This document shows, in pieces, positions 9,393 through 19,734 of a stretch of DNA of 64,000 nt; within the stretch, counting starts at the first letter, position 1; each line of letters starts with the position of its first letter. The notes beneath the pieces were generated by a model. It saw nothing but the letters and a program-made list of their open reading frames with translations. It was not told the origin of the DNA and made no database searches. Location of the stretch: contig CP060223.1 of NCBI GenBank assembly GCA_023898465.1, positions 896,001 through 960,000 of the forward strand, read 5' to 3'. This stretch comes from Candidatus Nomurabacteria bacterium (GTDB lineage: Bacteria; Patescibacteriota; Patescibacteriia; HK-STAS-PATE-3). Made by a program: the position numbers and the translations under genes.

Positions 9393-9860
9393 TTATGAAC
9401 TTGCTTGAGGAGGAGTTTCTGTTTTTGTGCTCGGGGCGGTTTCTTGTACATCCATATCTTTAAAGATCGCTCCAAGCACCCCGTTTACGAAGCGGCCAGA
9501 TGATTCTCCACCAAAGCTCTTGGCTAATTCAATTGCTTCATTAATCGCCACCTTTGGAGGAATGTCAGGAGCAAACTTCAGCTCATAGATGCCAATGCGA
9601 AGAATGTTGCGATCAACAATAGTGATTTGATCGAGCGGCCACTCAGGTGCATATTTCACGATCAAGGCATCAATATCTTTTTGATTCTTCTCAATGCCAT
9701 GCACGATGCTGCGTGAAAAATCAGCGTCGCTAAAGTCAGGAGCAAACTCCTTCAGATTCGTTTCGACCATCTCAGAGAGTTCCGTGTTTGATTTGCCGGT
9801 AAAATCCCACTCGTAGAGTGTTTGCATTGCAATCGTTCTGGCAAGGTGGCGATTCGACAT
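9393..9860 (-). CDS. nusB: transcription antitermination factor NusB
   Basis: [17 protein letters not shown]...[24 protein letters not shown]. Confidence 0.85.
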   Translation of the reverse strand: MSNRHLARTIAMQTLYEWDFTGKSNTELSEMVETNLKEFAPDFSDADFSRSIVHGIEKNQKDIDALIVKYAPEWPLDQITIVDRNILRIGIYELKFAPDIPPKVAINEAIELAKSFGGESSGRFVNGVLGAIFKDMDVQETAPSTKTETPPQASS

Positions 9861-9900
9861 AGTGGGAAATCAGTGAAACCTTGAGATGGACAAATGAACT

Positions 9901-10140
9901 TTATTCTTTACTTGCTTCGGCCGGCTCTTGTTTCTGTCGCTTTTTCGCTCGCTTATCGAGCTTTGTTTCCATCTTGAGCACGTCCCGACCGCGGTAATAT
10001 CCGCAATTCGTACAGGCCCGATGGGGCATAATAGCCGACTGACAGCGCGGGCAGGTCGTTAATGACCGACCCTGCAGCGCAAAGTGTGACGCGCGGCGCA
10101 AGCGTGACCCCTTTGATCTTCGTTGTGCGGGAAGTCCCAT
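9901..10140 (-). CDS. rpmF: 50S ribosomal protein L32 with Lys-rich C-terminal tail
   Basis: PAQRRSKGSRLRRASHFAL...CPRCQSAIMPHRACTNCGYYRGR zinc-ribbon pattern. Confidence 0.85.
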   Translation of the reverse strand: MGLPAQRRSKGSRLRRASHFALQGRSLTTCPRCQSAIMPHRACTNCGYYRGRDVLKMETKLDKRAKKRQKQEPAEASKE

Positions 10141-10225
10141 ATCCGTTTCAGATAACAGTAAAACAGTTGCACGATACCAAAAGAAGCCGGAATAAGCAAG
10201 CGCGGCTTAGAAAGGAAATAGTAGA

Positions 10226-12700
10226 CTAGACAAAGGCTACTGTAGCGACCTTATCTCCGCCGTCGGCTAATCGCATAATACGGACACCCTGCGTGTCACG
10301 ACCTAAGACCGATACTGACTTCAAAGGTAGGCGAATAACCTGACCTTTTTGAGACATACAGATGAGGTCGTTTTGCTCTAGTTTCGCATTTACGATAAAG
10401 GCTGACACGATTTGACCGGTCTTTGGGGTGATCTTGGCAGTACGAATGCCGCTACCGCCGCGACCCTGCACCTTGTAATTCCCTAGCTGGGTGCGTTTGC
10501 CATAACCGTTATCCATGACCACTAAGACCTGCTCATTACTCGACGCCTTGCCATCGTGAATGACATCCATGCCAGCTACTTCATCACCTGACTTCAATCG
10601 CATACCGCGAACACCAGCGGCAGTGCGTCCCATTGGCCGAACTCCAGCTTCTTTGAAGCGAATCGCCTGGCCCTTCGCCGTCACGATAAGAATATCATCA
10701 CTACCGGTTGAAGGTTTGGTCCATTGCAAGCGATCGTCATCTTTCACCGTGATGGCAATTAAACCGGATCGACGTACTTTCAGGAATTGCTCAATCGCCA
10801 CTTTCTTAATCAGGCCCTTCTTAGTAACCATGATAAGGTATTTGCAACCTTCGAAATTCGGCGTTGCCAGCACATCAGAAATTCGCTCTTCGCCACGCAG
10901 CTGCAGGAAGTTTACAATCGCCTGGCCCTTGGCAGTACGAGAGGCAACCGGGATATCATAGGCCTTTAATTGGAAAACGCGACCAGTCGTAGTGAAGAAG
11001 AGAATGTCGGCATGCGTCATGGTAGAGAAGAATTCCTGCACCAGGTCTTCTTCTTTGGTGGTTAATCCAATCACGCCTTTGCCGCCGCGGCTCTGTGTCT
11101 TGAAGGTGTCAGGAGCAAGTCGCTTAATATAACCATCGCGCGTCATCATCACAATGGTCGCTTCGTTCGGGATGAGATCCTCTTGACTGAAGCTACCAAC
11201 AGCCTGCGGCACAATTTGTGTGCGTCGCTCGTCGCCAAACTTTTCTCGCAGGGCAAGTAATTCATCCTTAATAATGCCAAGCATTTTCTGCTTTGATTTC
11301 AGGATAGATTCAAACTCTTTAATAAGCTTCTGCTTTTCCTTATACTCGTCTTCAATCTTTTGTCGCTCCAGGTTGGCTAACTGCTGCAACTTCATTTCCA
11401 AAATTGCGACAGCTTGAATTTCTGTCAGCTTGAATTTCTTAATTAAATTAATCTTCGCCTCATCCTTATCTTTTGATTTCTTGATCGTCGCAATAACTGG
11501 ATCAAGTTTGGCGAGAGCGATGCGTAAACCTTCTAAAATGTGAGCGCGCTTCTTTGCCACATCGAGATCAAATGCAGTACGACGTCGCACAACTTCCTGA
11601 CGATGCTTCAGATACTCTTCCAGGATCATCTTTAAGGTCAGCACGCGTGGCTGAATACCATCGACCAAAGCAAGCATATTGAAGTGGAAGGAGCTCTGCA
11701 GGCCGCTAAGCTGGAAAAGGCGATTCAACACCTTCTTTGGATACGCGTCGCGCTTCAACTCAATCACAACGCGAATGCCATCCTTATCTGACTCATCACG
11801 CAAATCGCGAATACCCTCAATACGCTTGTTTGTAACTAACTCGGCAATATCTTTGAGAAGTTGCGCTTTGTTCAGCTGATAAGGAAGCTCAGTCACAATG
11901 ATCTTAAACTGACCGCCATTATCTTCTACAATCTCCGTCTTGGCGCGCACCACAATCGAACCTTTACCTGTAGCGTAGGCTTGCTTCAGCGATTCAATGT
12001 CATACAGGATACCGCCGGTTGGGAAGTCAGGGCCTTTCACAAATTCCATGAGGTCTTCGATCGTGGCGTCTGGATTGGCAATCAGGTGAATAACCGCATC
12101 GATCAATTCGGTCAAATTATGCGGGGGCACGCTGGTTGCCATACCCACCGCAATTCCAACTGCACCATTTAAAAGCAAGTTAGGCAGTTTTGCTGGGAGC
12201 ACCCTTGGCTCTTGCTGTGATCCATCGTAGTTTGGCAGGAAATCAACCGTCTTCTTTTCAATGTCCAGCATCATTTCTTCAGCAATGCGGTCGAGCTTGG
12301 CCTCGGTATAACGCATAGCAGCCGGAGCATCACCATCAACAGATCCAAAGTTACCTTGGCCATCGACCAAGGTATATCGCATAGAGAAATCCTGAGCCAA
12401 GCGTACCATTGCTTCATATACTGGCGCATCACCATGCGGGTGATATTTACCAAGCACCTCACCAACCACCGTAGCTGATTTGCGATACTTCGCCCCAGGG
12501 CGCAAGCCAATATCCCACATAGCGTAGAGAATACGGCGGTGCACTGGCTTCATGCCATCACGTACATCAGGCAAGGCACGCGAAACAATAACCGACATAG
12601 CATAGTCGAGGTAGGAGGTTTCCATTTCCTCGACAATTGGTCGCGGTTGAATTGATCCGATAGAAAAGGTTGGAGTAATTTTTTGCTTCTTGCTTGCCAT
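10226..12700 (-). CDS. gyrA: DNA gyrase subunit A
   Basis: [21 protein letters not shown] active-site Tyr region and C-terminal beta-pinwheel repeats. Confidence 0.97.
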   Translation of the reverse strand: MASKKQKITPTFSIGSIQPRPIVEEMETSYLDYAMSVIVSRALPDVRDGMKPVHRRILYAMWDIGLRPGAKYRKSATVVGEVLGKYHPHGDAPVYEAMVRLAQDFSMRYTLVDGQGNFGSVDGDAPAAMRYTEAKLDRIAEEMMLDIEKKTVDFLPNYDGSQQEPRVLPAKLPNLLLNGAVGIAVGMATSVPPHNLTELIDAVIHLIANPDATIEDLMEFVKGPDFPTGGILYDIESLKQAYATGKGSIVVRAKTEIVEDNGGQFKIIVTELPYQLNKAQLLKDIAELVTNKRIEGIRDLRDESDKDGIRVVIELKRDAYPKKVLNRLFQLSGLQSSFHFNMLALVDGIQPRVLTLKMILEEYLKHRQEVVRRRTAFDLDVAKKRAHILEGLRIALAKLDPVIATIKKSKDKDEAKINLIKKFKLTEIQAVAILEMKLQQLANLERQKIEDEYKEKQKLIKEFESILKSKQKMLGIIKDELLALREKFGDERRTQIVPQAVGSFSQEDLIPNEATIVMMTRDGYIKRLAPDTFKTQSRGGKGVIGLTTKEEDLVQEFFSTMTHADILFFTTTGRVFQLKAYDIPVASRTAKGQAIVNFLQLRGEERISDVLATPNFEGCKYLIMVTKKGLIKKVAIEQFLKVRRSGLIAITVKDDDRLQWTKPSTGSDDILIVTAKGQAIRFKEAGVRPMGRTAAGVRGMRLKSGDEVAGMDVIHDGKASSNEQVLVVMDNGYGKRTQLGNYKVQGRGGSGIRTAKITPKTGQIVSAFIVNAKLEQNDLICMSQKGQVIRLPLKSVSVLGRDTQGVRIMRLADGGDKVATVAFV

Positions 12701-12702
12701 AC

Positions 12703-13107
12703 TTATTCAGGAAGGGTACGGAAACTGCCGGAGTCTTGAGCATCACTCGGGAATACCCGCTGCTCTAAATCTTGCAGCTCTTCATCACTTAAATTTGCAT
12801 TATTCGTATTAGCCGCTTGTGAGTTTGTGCCAAAGACGCGACTTACTTCGGACTTAATCCGATCATAGAGAGATTCATCACCGCCGCCGGTTCGACTTAA
12901 GTTCAATCCAATCAAAGCGACCCAGAGTACGGCGATAACGAGCGTGGCACCTGCTACAGAGACCCAAAGCTTTTTACTTGCATTCACTGTTGGAGCACTA
13001 GCCTGTAATGGCGCCTTTACTTCTGCTACTGAGCTAGGTGAGGTCTTCGCCTTGCTTGTTCGGGCACTTACTCGCTTACGGGTTGGAACAGTGCGTCGCG
13101 TTGGCAT
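12703..13107 (-). CDS. hypothetical single-pass membrane protein
   Basis: Basic N-terminus, one TM ([22 protein letters not shown]). Packed between the MBL hydrolase gene and gyrA with 1-2 nt junctions. Confidence 0.4.
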   Translation of the reverse strand: MPTRRTVPTRKRVSARTSKAKTSPSSVAEVKAPLQASAPTVNASKKLWVSVAGATLVIAVLWVALIGLNLSRTGGGDESLYDRIKSEVSRVFGTNSQAANTNNANLSDEELQDLEQRVFPSDAQDSGSFRTLPE

Positions 13108-13733
13108 TATGATTGCACGATTACGACGCGAGTAGCATCTTGAGGAAGTTCCTTTGGCGTGATTTTCAATTTATCTACCTTCTCCGCATCTTGCGCACCG
13201 TATTCTTTCAAGAATGCATCAACCGGGTCCAGCTTCATTTTCACGCCTGGGGTTTTATACATCATTGGAATAATGATGCGTGGCTCGATTTCGCTGACCA
13301 AAGCGCTTGCCTTCTTTGCATCCAAGACATCATTTCCACCAACCGGCAAACAGAGGATGTCGACACCCTCTAAACGGTCAAGTTGATTTTCAGTCAAAAC
13401 TGTTGAGAGATCACCGAGGTGAGCAATAGTTAACCCCTCTGCCTCAATAACATAAAGCGTGGTGCGTCGTTTCTTGTCACCGTTGTGTTGCACGCCATGG
13501 CCCCACACAAAAACATTCTTCACCTCGTACTCACCTGGACCAGTAATGCGGAAAGGATCGCCACCGCCAGCAGTAATATTCCCGTGCTCTGGTCGATCGC
13601 TCGTAGCTAATACTAAATCCGATGCAAAGCGGGGCGGTTTCAAACCGACCGAGGCATCATAGGGATCAATTAATATGCTCAGATCGCGGAGCACCAAGCG
13701 GAAGCAGGCGAGACCGTGCCAATAAATATGCAT
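13107..13733 (-). CDS. MBL-fold metal-dependent hydrolase (UPF0173-like)
   Basis: MHIYWHGLACFRL..., DPYDA, and HLGDL motifs typical of the small MBL hydrolases. Confidence 0.7.
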   Translation of the reverse strand: MHIYWHGLACFRLVLRDLSILIDPYDASVGLKPPRFASDLVLATSDRPEHGNITAGGGDPFRITGPGEYEVKNVFVWGHGVQHNGDKKRRTTLYVIEAEGLTIAHLGDLSTVLTENQLDRLEGVDILCLPVGGNDVLDAKKASALVSEIEPRIIIPMMYKTPGVKMKLDPVDAFLKEYGAQDAEKVDKLKITPKELPQDATRVVIVQS

Positions 13734-13811
13734 AGCAAAAGTTTCAGCTGAAAGACAAAATTACCCTACCACATTTAGTGCTAAAGGTAAAGCAATACTT
13801 TGCCTAAAAAT

Positions 13812-14591
13812 TTAGTCGATCGGCAAGTCTGGTAAGGACTCCTCATCCCCTGAGGAGACCGGACTTACCAAGCTATCCCGGTGTAAGGGATCTGGAGCAT
13901 CTTCCTCACCATCTTCAGGGTCCGTACTTGGCGCCTCGGTAGTACCTAGTCTCCCTGAGTCACCGAAATGCATGCGAGTATCTTGCTGAGGTACTGAGGG
14001 GGCGACGGTTTTTGGGGTCTCAGTTTTTGATGTGTCTTTATCAAAATCAACCAATATCTTGCGACGGCCAAGCATAGCCTCCTCTCGCTTCTCATCAAGC
14101 TGATCAAGAGTACTTTTGCCAATTTTTTCATCAATGCGTTGGGTTGGGCCGAGATTATTTTTCACACGGGTAATATATTTTTTCCGACGTGCCAGTCGAT
14201 CTAGCCACGACTCTTCAGCCTTCTTTTCAGTCGGAGCTGTAGTAGAGCTAGCTTTTTCAATAAAAGCCTTTGGATATTCTCGAGCAGCCGAAGCGCTTAA
14301 TCGCAGACTTTGGCCGGTTTTGTCTAATTTTAGCGTACGTCGAGGGCCAAAAGTTTGCTTCAGTGCTTTTACAAATTTTTCCCCTCGTTCAGCACTTATG
14401 GCGCCTTTACCACTGGCAACCGCCCGAAGTATTGCTCTAGGTCGGGCAATACCCTGCTTACGCAAAGCACTCTCCAACTCTGGATGCTGGAGGGCTTTTT
14501 GCAGGGTTTCCTTTGGTAAGCGTCCGCCACCTTGGCTCAATATCGAGCGTCCAAGGGCTTTTTGCAGATCTGCTCCTTGTATTTTTGCCAT
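13812..14591 (-). CDS. hypothetical charged low-complexity protein
   Basis: Long ORF. The antisense ORF 14116..14628 is R/S/F-rich junk. No family recognised. Confidence 0.4.
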   Translation of the reverse strand: MAKIQGADLQKALGRSILSQGGGRLPKETLQKALQHPELESALRKQGIARPRAILRAVASGKGAISAERGEKFVKALKQTFGPRRTLKLDKTGQSLRLSASAAREYPKAFIEKASSTTAPTEKKAEESWLDRLARRKKYITRVKNNLGPTQRIDEKIGKSTLDQLDEKREEAMLGRRKILVDFDKDTSKTETPKTVAPSVPQQDTRMHFGDSGRLGTTEAPSTDPEDGEEDAPDPLHRDSLVSPVSSGDEESLPDLPID

Positions 14592-14668
14592 ATTTTTTAC
14601 CTACAATTACTATTATACACTTTTTTAATGTTTTTGTCAATATATATCCCTTTTTATACCTTTGAGAC

Positions 14669-14697
14669 TTGCCAAAACAGAGGAGTCAGCGTACAAT
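14669..14697 (+). promoter_or_regulatory. candidate sigma70-type promoter of rpsA
   Basis: TTGCCA-17 nt-TACAAT. It lies about 105 nt upstream of the rpsA ATG. Confidence 0.45.
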
Positions 14698-14802
14698 TGC
14701 GGGCACTGCCGAATTACTCTCCCCCGGTTTCGTAGAGGGCTACGATACGGCAGCCGGGACTTTCCGCCCTAGGCGTAAGGTTAAACAATATATGTAGTAA
14801 AG

Positions 14803-16035
14803 ATGAACACGGTTACCAAATCTCCCGTGGATCTTCAATCGTCAGCAATGGCAAAATTGCTAGCTGAAGAAGACCAACAACCTCGATTACCAAAGGTTGG
14901 TGATTTAGTTGAAGGGAAAGTATTAAGCGTTTCCAAGAGCGAAGTACACTTGGATATTGATGGCATTACCACGGGCGTTGTCCGAGGTCGCGAATTATTC
15001 GACGAATCAGGTGATTCAGCGGATTTGAAAATTAGCGATCTTGCCCAAGCTACTATTCTCGAGCTTGAAAATGAAAACGGTGAAATGGAATTATCCTTCC
15101 GACACGCCGGACACCAAAAAGCCTGGAATGAATTAGAGGATCTCCAATCAAATGCGAAACCAATTGACGTACCAATCATTGAAGCCAATCGTGGTGGACT
15201 CATGGTCCGCGTCGGTCGCGTAGAAGGATTCTTGCCTGTCTCTCAACTTACTACCGAGCACTATCCTCGCGTAGAAGGTGGCGACAAAAATAAGATTCTT
15301 GAAAAACTACAAAGCTATGTCGGTAGCAGCTTCAAGGTAAAAGTAATTGACGTTGATGAAACTGACAGCAAGCTGATTGTTTCAGAAAAAGCAGCTTGGG
15401 AAGAGCAACATCAAGAAAAGCTTTCTCAGTACGAAGTTGGTCAAAGCGTCAAAGGTAAAGTTACCGGCGTAGTTGACTTCGGTGCTTTTGTAGAATTTGA
15501 TTCTGGGCTCGAGGGTCTAGTCCACATTTCTGAAATGGCATGGCAGCGAGTTGACGACCCACACGACCTCGTCAAGGTTGGCGATGAAATTGAAGTGAAG
15601 ATTATCGGCATTGAGGGAAATAAAATTTCTCTCTCCATGAAGCAACTCACTGAAGATCCTTGGATGCAGGCGGTTGAGAAATATAAGGTTGGCGATGTCG
15701 TGAAAGGAAAAGTAACAAAGCTCAATCCATTTGGCGCCTTTGTAGAACTGGATGAAGAGATTCATGGCTTAGCCCACATCTCTGAACTCTCTGAGAAAAA
15801 TATCAGCCATCCGGGTGAAGTGTTGAAAGTTGACGAAAGCTACGACTTCAAAATTCTCTCCATCGAACCAAAGAGTCACCGCCTCGGTCTCTCCATTAAG
15901 GCTATTAATCAGCCGGATGAGCCAGCAGCAGAAGAGACAAAAGATGAAGAGGAAAAGAGCGTACCAAGTGACGAAAGCTCAGAAGAAAATACAGAGGAAG
16001 AAGTAGATAACGATTCATCAAAGGAACAATCCTAA
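14803..16035 (+). CDS. rpsA: 30S ribosomal protein S1 (four S1 domains, acidic tail)
   Basis: Repeated G..V.G.V......GA.V S1/OB motifs, e.g. GQSVKGKVTGVVDFGAFVEF and GDVVKGKVTKLNPFGAFVEL. Confidence 0.9.
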   Translation: MNTVTKSPVDLQSSAMAKLLAEEDQQPRLPKVGDLVEGKVLSVSKSEVHLDIDGITTGVVRGRELFDESGDSADLKISDLAQATILELENENGEMELSFRHAGHQKAWNELEDLQSNAKPIDVPIIEANRGGLMVRVGRVEGFLPVSQLTTEHYPRVEGGDKNKILEKLQSYVGSSFKVKVIDVDETDSKLIVSEKAAWEEQHQEKLSQYEVGQSVKGKVTGVVDFGAFVEFDSGLEGLVHISEMAWQRVDDPHDLVKVGDEIEVKIIGIEGNKISLSMKQLTEDPWMQAVEKYKVGDVVKGKVTKLNPFGAFVELDEEIHGLAHISELSEKNISHPGEVLKVDESYDFKILSIEPKSHRLGLSIKAINQPDEPAAEETKDEEEKSVPSDESSEENTEEEVDNDSSKEQS

Positions 16036-16039
16036 GCCT

Positions 16040-17908
16040 ATGCGTTCACTCTTCAAAAACTTCATCATCTTCGCGTTTATTTTCCTGGTTATTGCCGGGG
16101 TATTAAGCGTACTTAATAGTCCTCTTGGCTCTAGTCAAGAAGTGCCACTCAGTGATGCGCTGGCAAAAGTAAAAGCAGGTGAAGTAAAGGAAGTGGTGGT
16201 TGATGGAGCAAAACTGTCTCTGACACTGCAGGACGATCAGACCATTACCACGAAGAAAGAGGAAAGTGAATCATTCACCGAGCTCGCCCAGAACTATGGC
16301 ATCACCACTGAGCAATTAGATGCAGTGAAACTCAGCGTGAAGGTTGATTCAACTTCCGTTTGGCTCACCCCACTTCTCACTTTCCTGGTTCCATTCCTAC
16401 TCATTGGTGGATTCATTTGGTTCACCTTCCGACAAGTGCAAGGACAAAATAGTCGAGCGCTTTCTTTCGGACGGAGCAACCCTCGCCAGCAAGAACCACA
16501 AAAGCAAAGAAAGCGTGTGCTATTCAAGGACGTGGCTGGTGCCCAAGAATCCAAAGAAGAACTGAAAGAGGTGGTTGAATTCCTTAAGAGTCCGAAGAAG
16601 TTCCTGAGCCTAGGCGCGCGCATACCGCGTGGCGTCCTCCTCGTTGGCTCACCAGGAACAGGTAAGACACTACTCGCTAAAGCTATTGCTGGCGAGGCAG
16701 ACGTACCCTTCTTCAACATCTCTGGATCGGAATTCGTTGAAATGTTTGTTGGTGTGGGAGCTTCTCGCGTACGTGATCTTTTCCGCCGAGCGAAGAAAAG
16801 CGCTCCTTGCATTATCTTCATTGATGAAATTGACGCAGTCGGACGCCAACGCGGTGCCGGCATTGGCGGCAGCCATGATGAGCGTGAACAGACCCTGAAC
16901 CAAATCCTGGTGGAGATGGACGGCTTTGACACTGACACAAACGTGATTGTTATTGCCGCAACCAACCGACCTGACATTCTCGATCCAGCCTTGCTGCGCC
17001 CTGGTCGTTTTGACCGACGTGTTGTCATTGACCTGCCGGATCTGAACGATCGTGAGGCTATCTTAAAGGTACACGCGGATAAAAAGCCATTAGCTCCATC
17101 AGTAAACCTTCGCACCGTTGCTGAGCGCACCCCTGGTTTCTCTGGTGCTGATCTCGCAAACCTGTTGAATGAAGCGGCTATCCTGGCTGCGCGCGCCAAT
17201 CGCAAAAGCGTAGAAATGGATGACTGTCTGCAGGCAATCGAAAAAGTTATCCTGGGACCCGAGCGACGAAGCCGTGTTATCTCAGACAAGGAAAAGAAGA
17301 TTACCGCCTATCACGAAGGCGGACACGCTTTAGTCGGTCACGTGCTTCCAAATGTAGACCCAGTGCGCAAAATCTCAATCATTTCCCGAGGCATGGCTGG
17401 AGGCTACACATTAAAACTACCTTCTGAAGATAAACATTATCGCAGCAAGTCGGAATTCCTCGACGAGCTAGCTATGATGCTCGGTGGCTGGACAGCAGAA
17501 CGACTGATCTTCCATGACATTACGACCGGCGCTTCTAATGACTTAAAGGAAGCGACCGCCCTAGCTCGTCGGATTGTGACGCAATACGGTATGAGTGACG
17601 CATTAGGACCACGCACCTTTGGTCAAAAAGAAGAAATGGTCTTCTTGGGCCGTGAAATCCACGAACGTCGTGATTACTCAGAAAAAATTGCCCAGCAAAT
17701 CGACGAGGAAGTAAGCACAATCATCAAAGACGCGCAGCATCGAGCTGAAAAGATTCTCAATGAGCAGCGCGATATGCTCGAAAACATTGCTGCGTATCTC
17801 ATCGCTCACGAGACTATTGAACAAGAAGAGTTTGAAAAGCTCGTTGGCGCAAAAGAAGCAGCTACCCCAACTGAACACAAGACTGCTGAAGAAACAGTAC
17901 AGACATAG
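16040..17908 (+). CDS. ftsH: ATP-dependent zinc metalloprotease FtsH
   Basis: GSPGTGKT Walker A, IIFIDEID Walker B, and HEGGHAL zinc site. Confidence 0.97.
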   Translation: MRSLFKNFIIFAFIFLVIAGVLSVLNSPLGSSQEVPLSDALAKVKAGEVKEVVVDGAKLSLTLQDDQTITTKKEESESFTELAQNYGITTEQLDAVKLSVKVDSTSVWLTPLLTFLVPFLLIGGFIWFTFRQVQGQNSRALSFGRSNPRQQEPQKQRKRVLFKDVAGAQESKEELKEVVEFLKSPKKFLSLGARIPRGVLLVGSPGTGKTLLAKAIAGEADVPFFNISGSEFVEMFVGVGASRVRDLFRRAKKSAPCIIFIDEIDAVGRQRGAGIGGSHDEREQTLNQILVEMDGFDTDTNVIVIAATNRPDILDPALLRPGRFDRRVVIDLPDLNDREAILKVHADKKPLAPSVNLRTVAERTPGFSGADLANLLNEAAILAARANRKSVEMDDCLQAIEKVILGPERRSRVISDKEKKITAYHEGGHALVGHVLPNVDPVRKISIISRGMAGGYTLKLPSEDKHYRSKSEFLDELAMMLGGWTAERLIFHDITTGASNDLKEATALARRIVTQYGMSDALGPRTFGQKEEMVFLGREIHERRDYSEKIAQQIDEEVSTIIKDAQHRAEKILNEQRDMLENIAAYLIAHETIEQEEFEKLVGAKEAATPTEHKTAEETVQT

Positions 17909-17961
17909 TTGCGACGCTTGGGGTAAAAGTGGTATACTCTCGATAGGGGAAAACAGAATTC

Positions 17962-18888
17962 ATGCATTTCTATCGAGATATTCTCAAGCGCGCCTGGCAA
18001 GTAACCTACCGAAATCCATTCTTATGGTTCTTCGGGGTTTTTGCCGCACTCGCGGGTAACGGAGAGCAATACGACAGCTTCTTTGACAACGTGAGCTTTG
18101 TAGGAAACCTGCAGTTCAACATGGATCAACTGCGCGAAGCTCACATGGATGGTAAGCTAAATGAATTCTGGTCCAACTTTACCGTTTCCTTCGGTGATAA
18201 TGTTGGCTCCATGCTTCTACTGCTTTTTGTAGCTCTGGTGATCCTCTTCCTTTTCTTCTGGCTCGTCACTATTAGCCAGGCTGCGCTTATTCGCAGTGCC
18301 CAAAACTCATCTGAGAATAAACCGATTGCCTTTCTCGATATTTTTGGAGCTGCTATTCACCGATTCTGGCCACTCTTCCGCCTCAACCTCATTGTCGTAC
18401 TCTTTATCTACGGTCCGCTTGTGCTGCTTGGCTTACCAGCCCTGATTATTTATCTTGATTCTGGTAGCTTAGTTTGGTCAGTGGGACTTAGCCTGCTTGC
18501 CTTCCTTTTCCTTATTCCGATCGGCATCGTCCTCGCCTTCTTAACTAAGTTTGCCAGCGCCTACATAGTGCTTGAAGGACAATCCGCCCTCCAGGGTATT
18601 CGAAGTGCTCTTCAGCTCTTCCGAAAGAACTGGTTAGTGGCTGTTGAAACTGGTCTCCTCCTCCTCATCATCAACTTCATCTACGCTTTTGTTGCGGTGA
18701 GCATTATGACTATGCTGGGCTTCCCTCTCACCCAGGCTGGCGTGGTTGCCTTCACCGTAGTAATGATAATTCTGGGCTCAATCTACGCGGTATTCCGTTA
18801 TACGACCTGGACTATGCTTTGGCGAGAACTAGTGAATGACAAAGGCACTGCTAAGCTTGTTCGCCTCTTTCAAAACAAGGAACAATAA
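17962..18888 (+). CDS. hypothetical polytopic membrane protein
   Basis: Five to six hydrophobic segments. No motif recognised. Confidence 0.5.
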   Translation: MHFYRDILKRAWQVTYRNPFLWFFGVFAALAGNGEQYDSFFDNVSFVGNLQFNMDQLREAHMDGKLNEFWSNFTVSFGDNVGSMLLLLFVALVILFLFFWLVTISQAALIRSAQNSSENKPIAFLDIFGAAIHRFWPLFRLNLIVVLFIYGPLVLLGLPALIIYLDSGSLVWSVGLSLLAFLFLIPIGIVLAFLTKFASAYIVLEGQSALQGIRSALQLFRKNWLVAVETGLLLLIINFIYAFVAVSIMTMLGFPLTQAGVVAFTVVMIILGSIYAVFRYTTWTMLWRELVNDKGTAKLVRLFQNKEQ

Positions 18889-18913
18889 GAAGGACTACGG
18901 AGCATACAGGCAC

Positions 18914-18936
18914 AACGGGCTTCTTGCCCGTTTTTT
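18914..18936 (+). terminator. rho-independent terminator
   Basis: aacgggc-ttctt-gcccgtt hairpin followed by tttt. Confidence 0.6.
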
Positions 18937-18940
18937 AGAC

Positions 18941-18969
18941 TTGGCGAAAGAGGTATTGCCTGCTAGAAT
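18941..18969 (+). promoter_or_regulatory. candidate promoter of tRNA-Ile(UAU)
   Basis: TTGGCG-17 nt-TAGAAT, 24 nt upstream of the tRNA 5' end. Confidence 0.45.
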
Positions 18970-18992
18970 CGAAACCGCTTTACTACATACAT

Positions 18993-19068
18993 GCGCGCCT
19001 AGCTCAATGGTTAGAGCAGTCGGCTTATATCCGACCGGTTCCAGGTTCGAGCCCTGGGGCGCGCACCA
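18993..19068 (+). tRNA. tRNA-Ile (anticodon UAU), CCA encoded
   Basis: Hand-folded cloverleaf. Acceptor gcgcgcc/ggcgcgc. Anticodon arm gtcgg-cuUAUau-ccgac. T arm ccagg-ttcgagc-cctgg. Confidence 0.85.
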
Positions 19069-19117
19069 GGCTTAAAATGAAAACGACCGTAGCGAATTGC
19101 TGCGGCCGTCTTAGTGT

Positions 19118-19513
19118 TCATTCCTCCTGCCTTGGTGGAGCAACGGGCTCATCTTCAAGGAAACGAGCTTCCGGAAAAGCCACCTCCAGGACACCTAAGA
19201 GATCCTTTGTAGACTGTCCTCTCTTAGGTCCAACATAGAACGCCTGCTCGGCAGTTTCACCATCAGACTCCACCCTCACTACCAAGCGAGGTTGAGTGCC
19301 CTTATGCACGCGCACACCAGCTGGATCCGACCCATTTACCCGATGTAAACCTCCCTCCCGACGTACAGCGAGATCAAGTCGACCAAGTTGAACACGAAAG
19401 TCATGGGCTTTCCTGCGGAGCTCCGGATGCGTACAAGTAGACGTAAGCGGCGCTTCATTTGGCCTGGGTAGATGCCCAAAGTCCACGTGCATGCTTCCTC
19501 TTCTACTTCCCAT
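19118..19513 (-). CDS. hypothetical protein (131 aa), GC-rich orphan between two tRNA genes
   Basis: ATG at 19513 is preceded by GGAGGT with 6-nt spacing. A hairpin lies downstream at about 19083-19110. No motif recognised. Confidence 0.4.
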   Translation of the reverse strand: MGSRRGSMHVDFGHLPRPNEAPLTSTCTHPELRRKAHDFRVQLGRLDLAVRREGGLHRVNGSDPAGVRVHKGTQPRLVVRVESDGETAEQAFYVGPKRGQSTKDLLGVLEVAFPEARFLEDEPVAPPRQEE

Positions 19514-19636
19514 GGAATACCTCCATAACAAAAACTCAAAGAGCCGCCCTCAAAGTACCCTAGGAACATGTCATCGTCAAATGTGGCGTCCGCTTGACCA
19601 GAAGCCCTGTTCTCGCTACACTCTACGGCGTTATAT

Positions 19637-19713
19637 GGGCGGTTAGCTCAGTTGGTTAGAGCGCTACCTCGACACGGTAGAGGTCAGAGGTTCGACTCCT
19701 CTACCGCCCACCA
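19637..19713 (+). tRNA. tRNA-Val (anticodon GAC), CCA encoded, C at position 33
   Basis: Acceptor gggcggt/accgccc. Anticodon arm ctacc-ucGACac-ggtag. T arm agagg-ttcgact-cctct. Confidence 0.85.
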
Positions 19714-19734
19714 CCATTAATGAGACCTGTCAGT

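Noticed and set aside
14116-14628. 170-aa ORF antisense to 13812..14591
   Set aside because: The translation is R/S/F/C-rich and non-protein-like. The opposite-strand ORF is longer and has a plausible charged protein sequence.
16294-17289. 331-aa ORF antisense to ftsH
   Set aside because: It lies entirely inside the strongly supported FtsH gene on the opposite strand. The translation is R/S/P-rich with no motifs. It is a typical shadow ORF of a GC-balanced conserved gene.
18836-19075. 79-aa ORF overlapping tRNA-Ile(UAU)
   Set aside because: It spans a terminator, a promoter and the tRNA gene. No SD and no motif.
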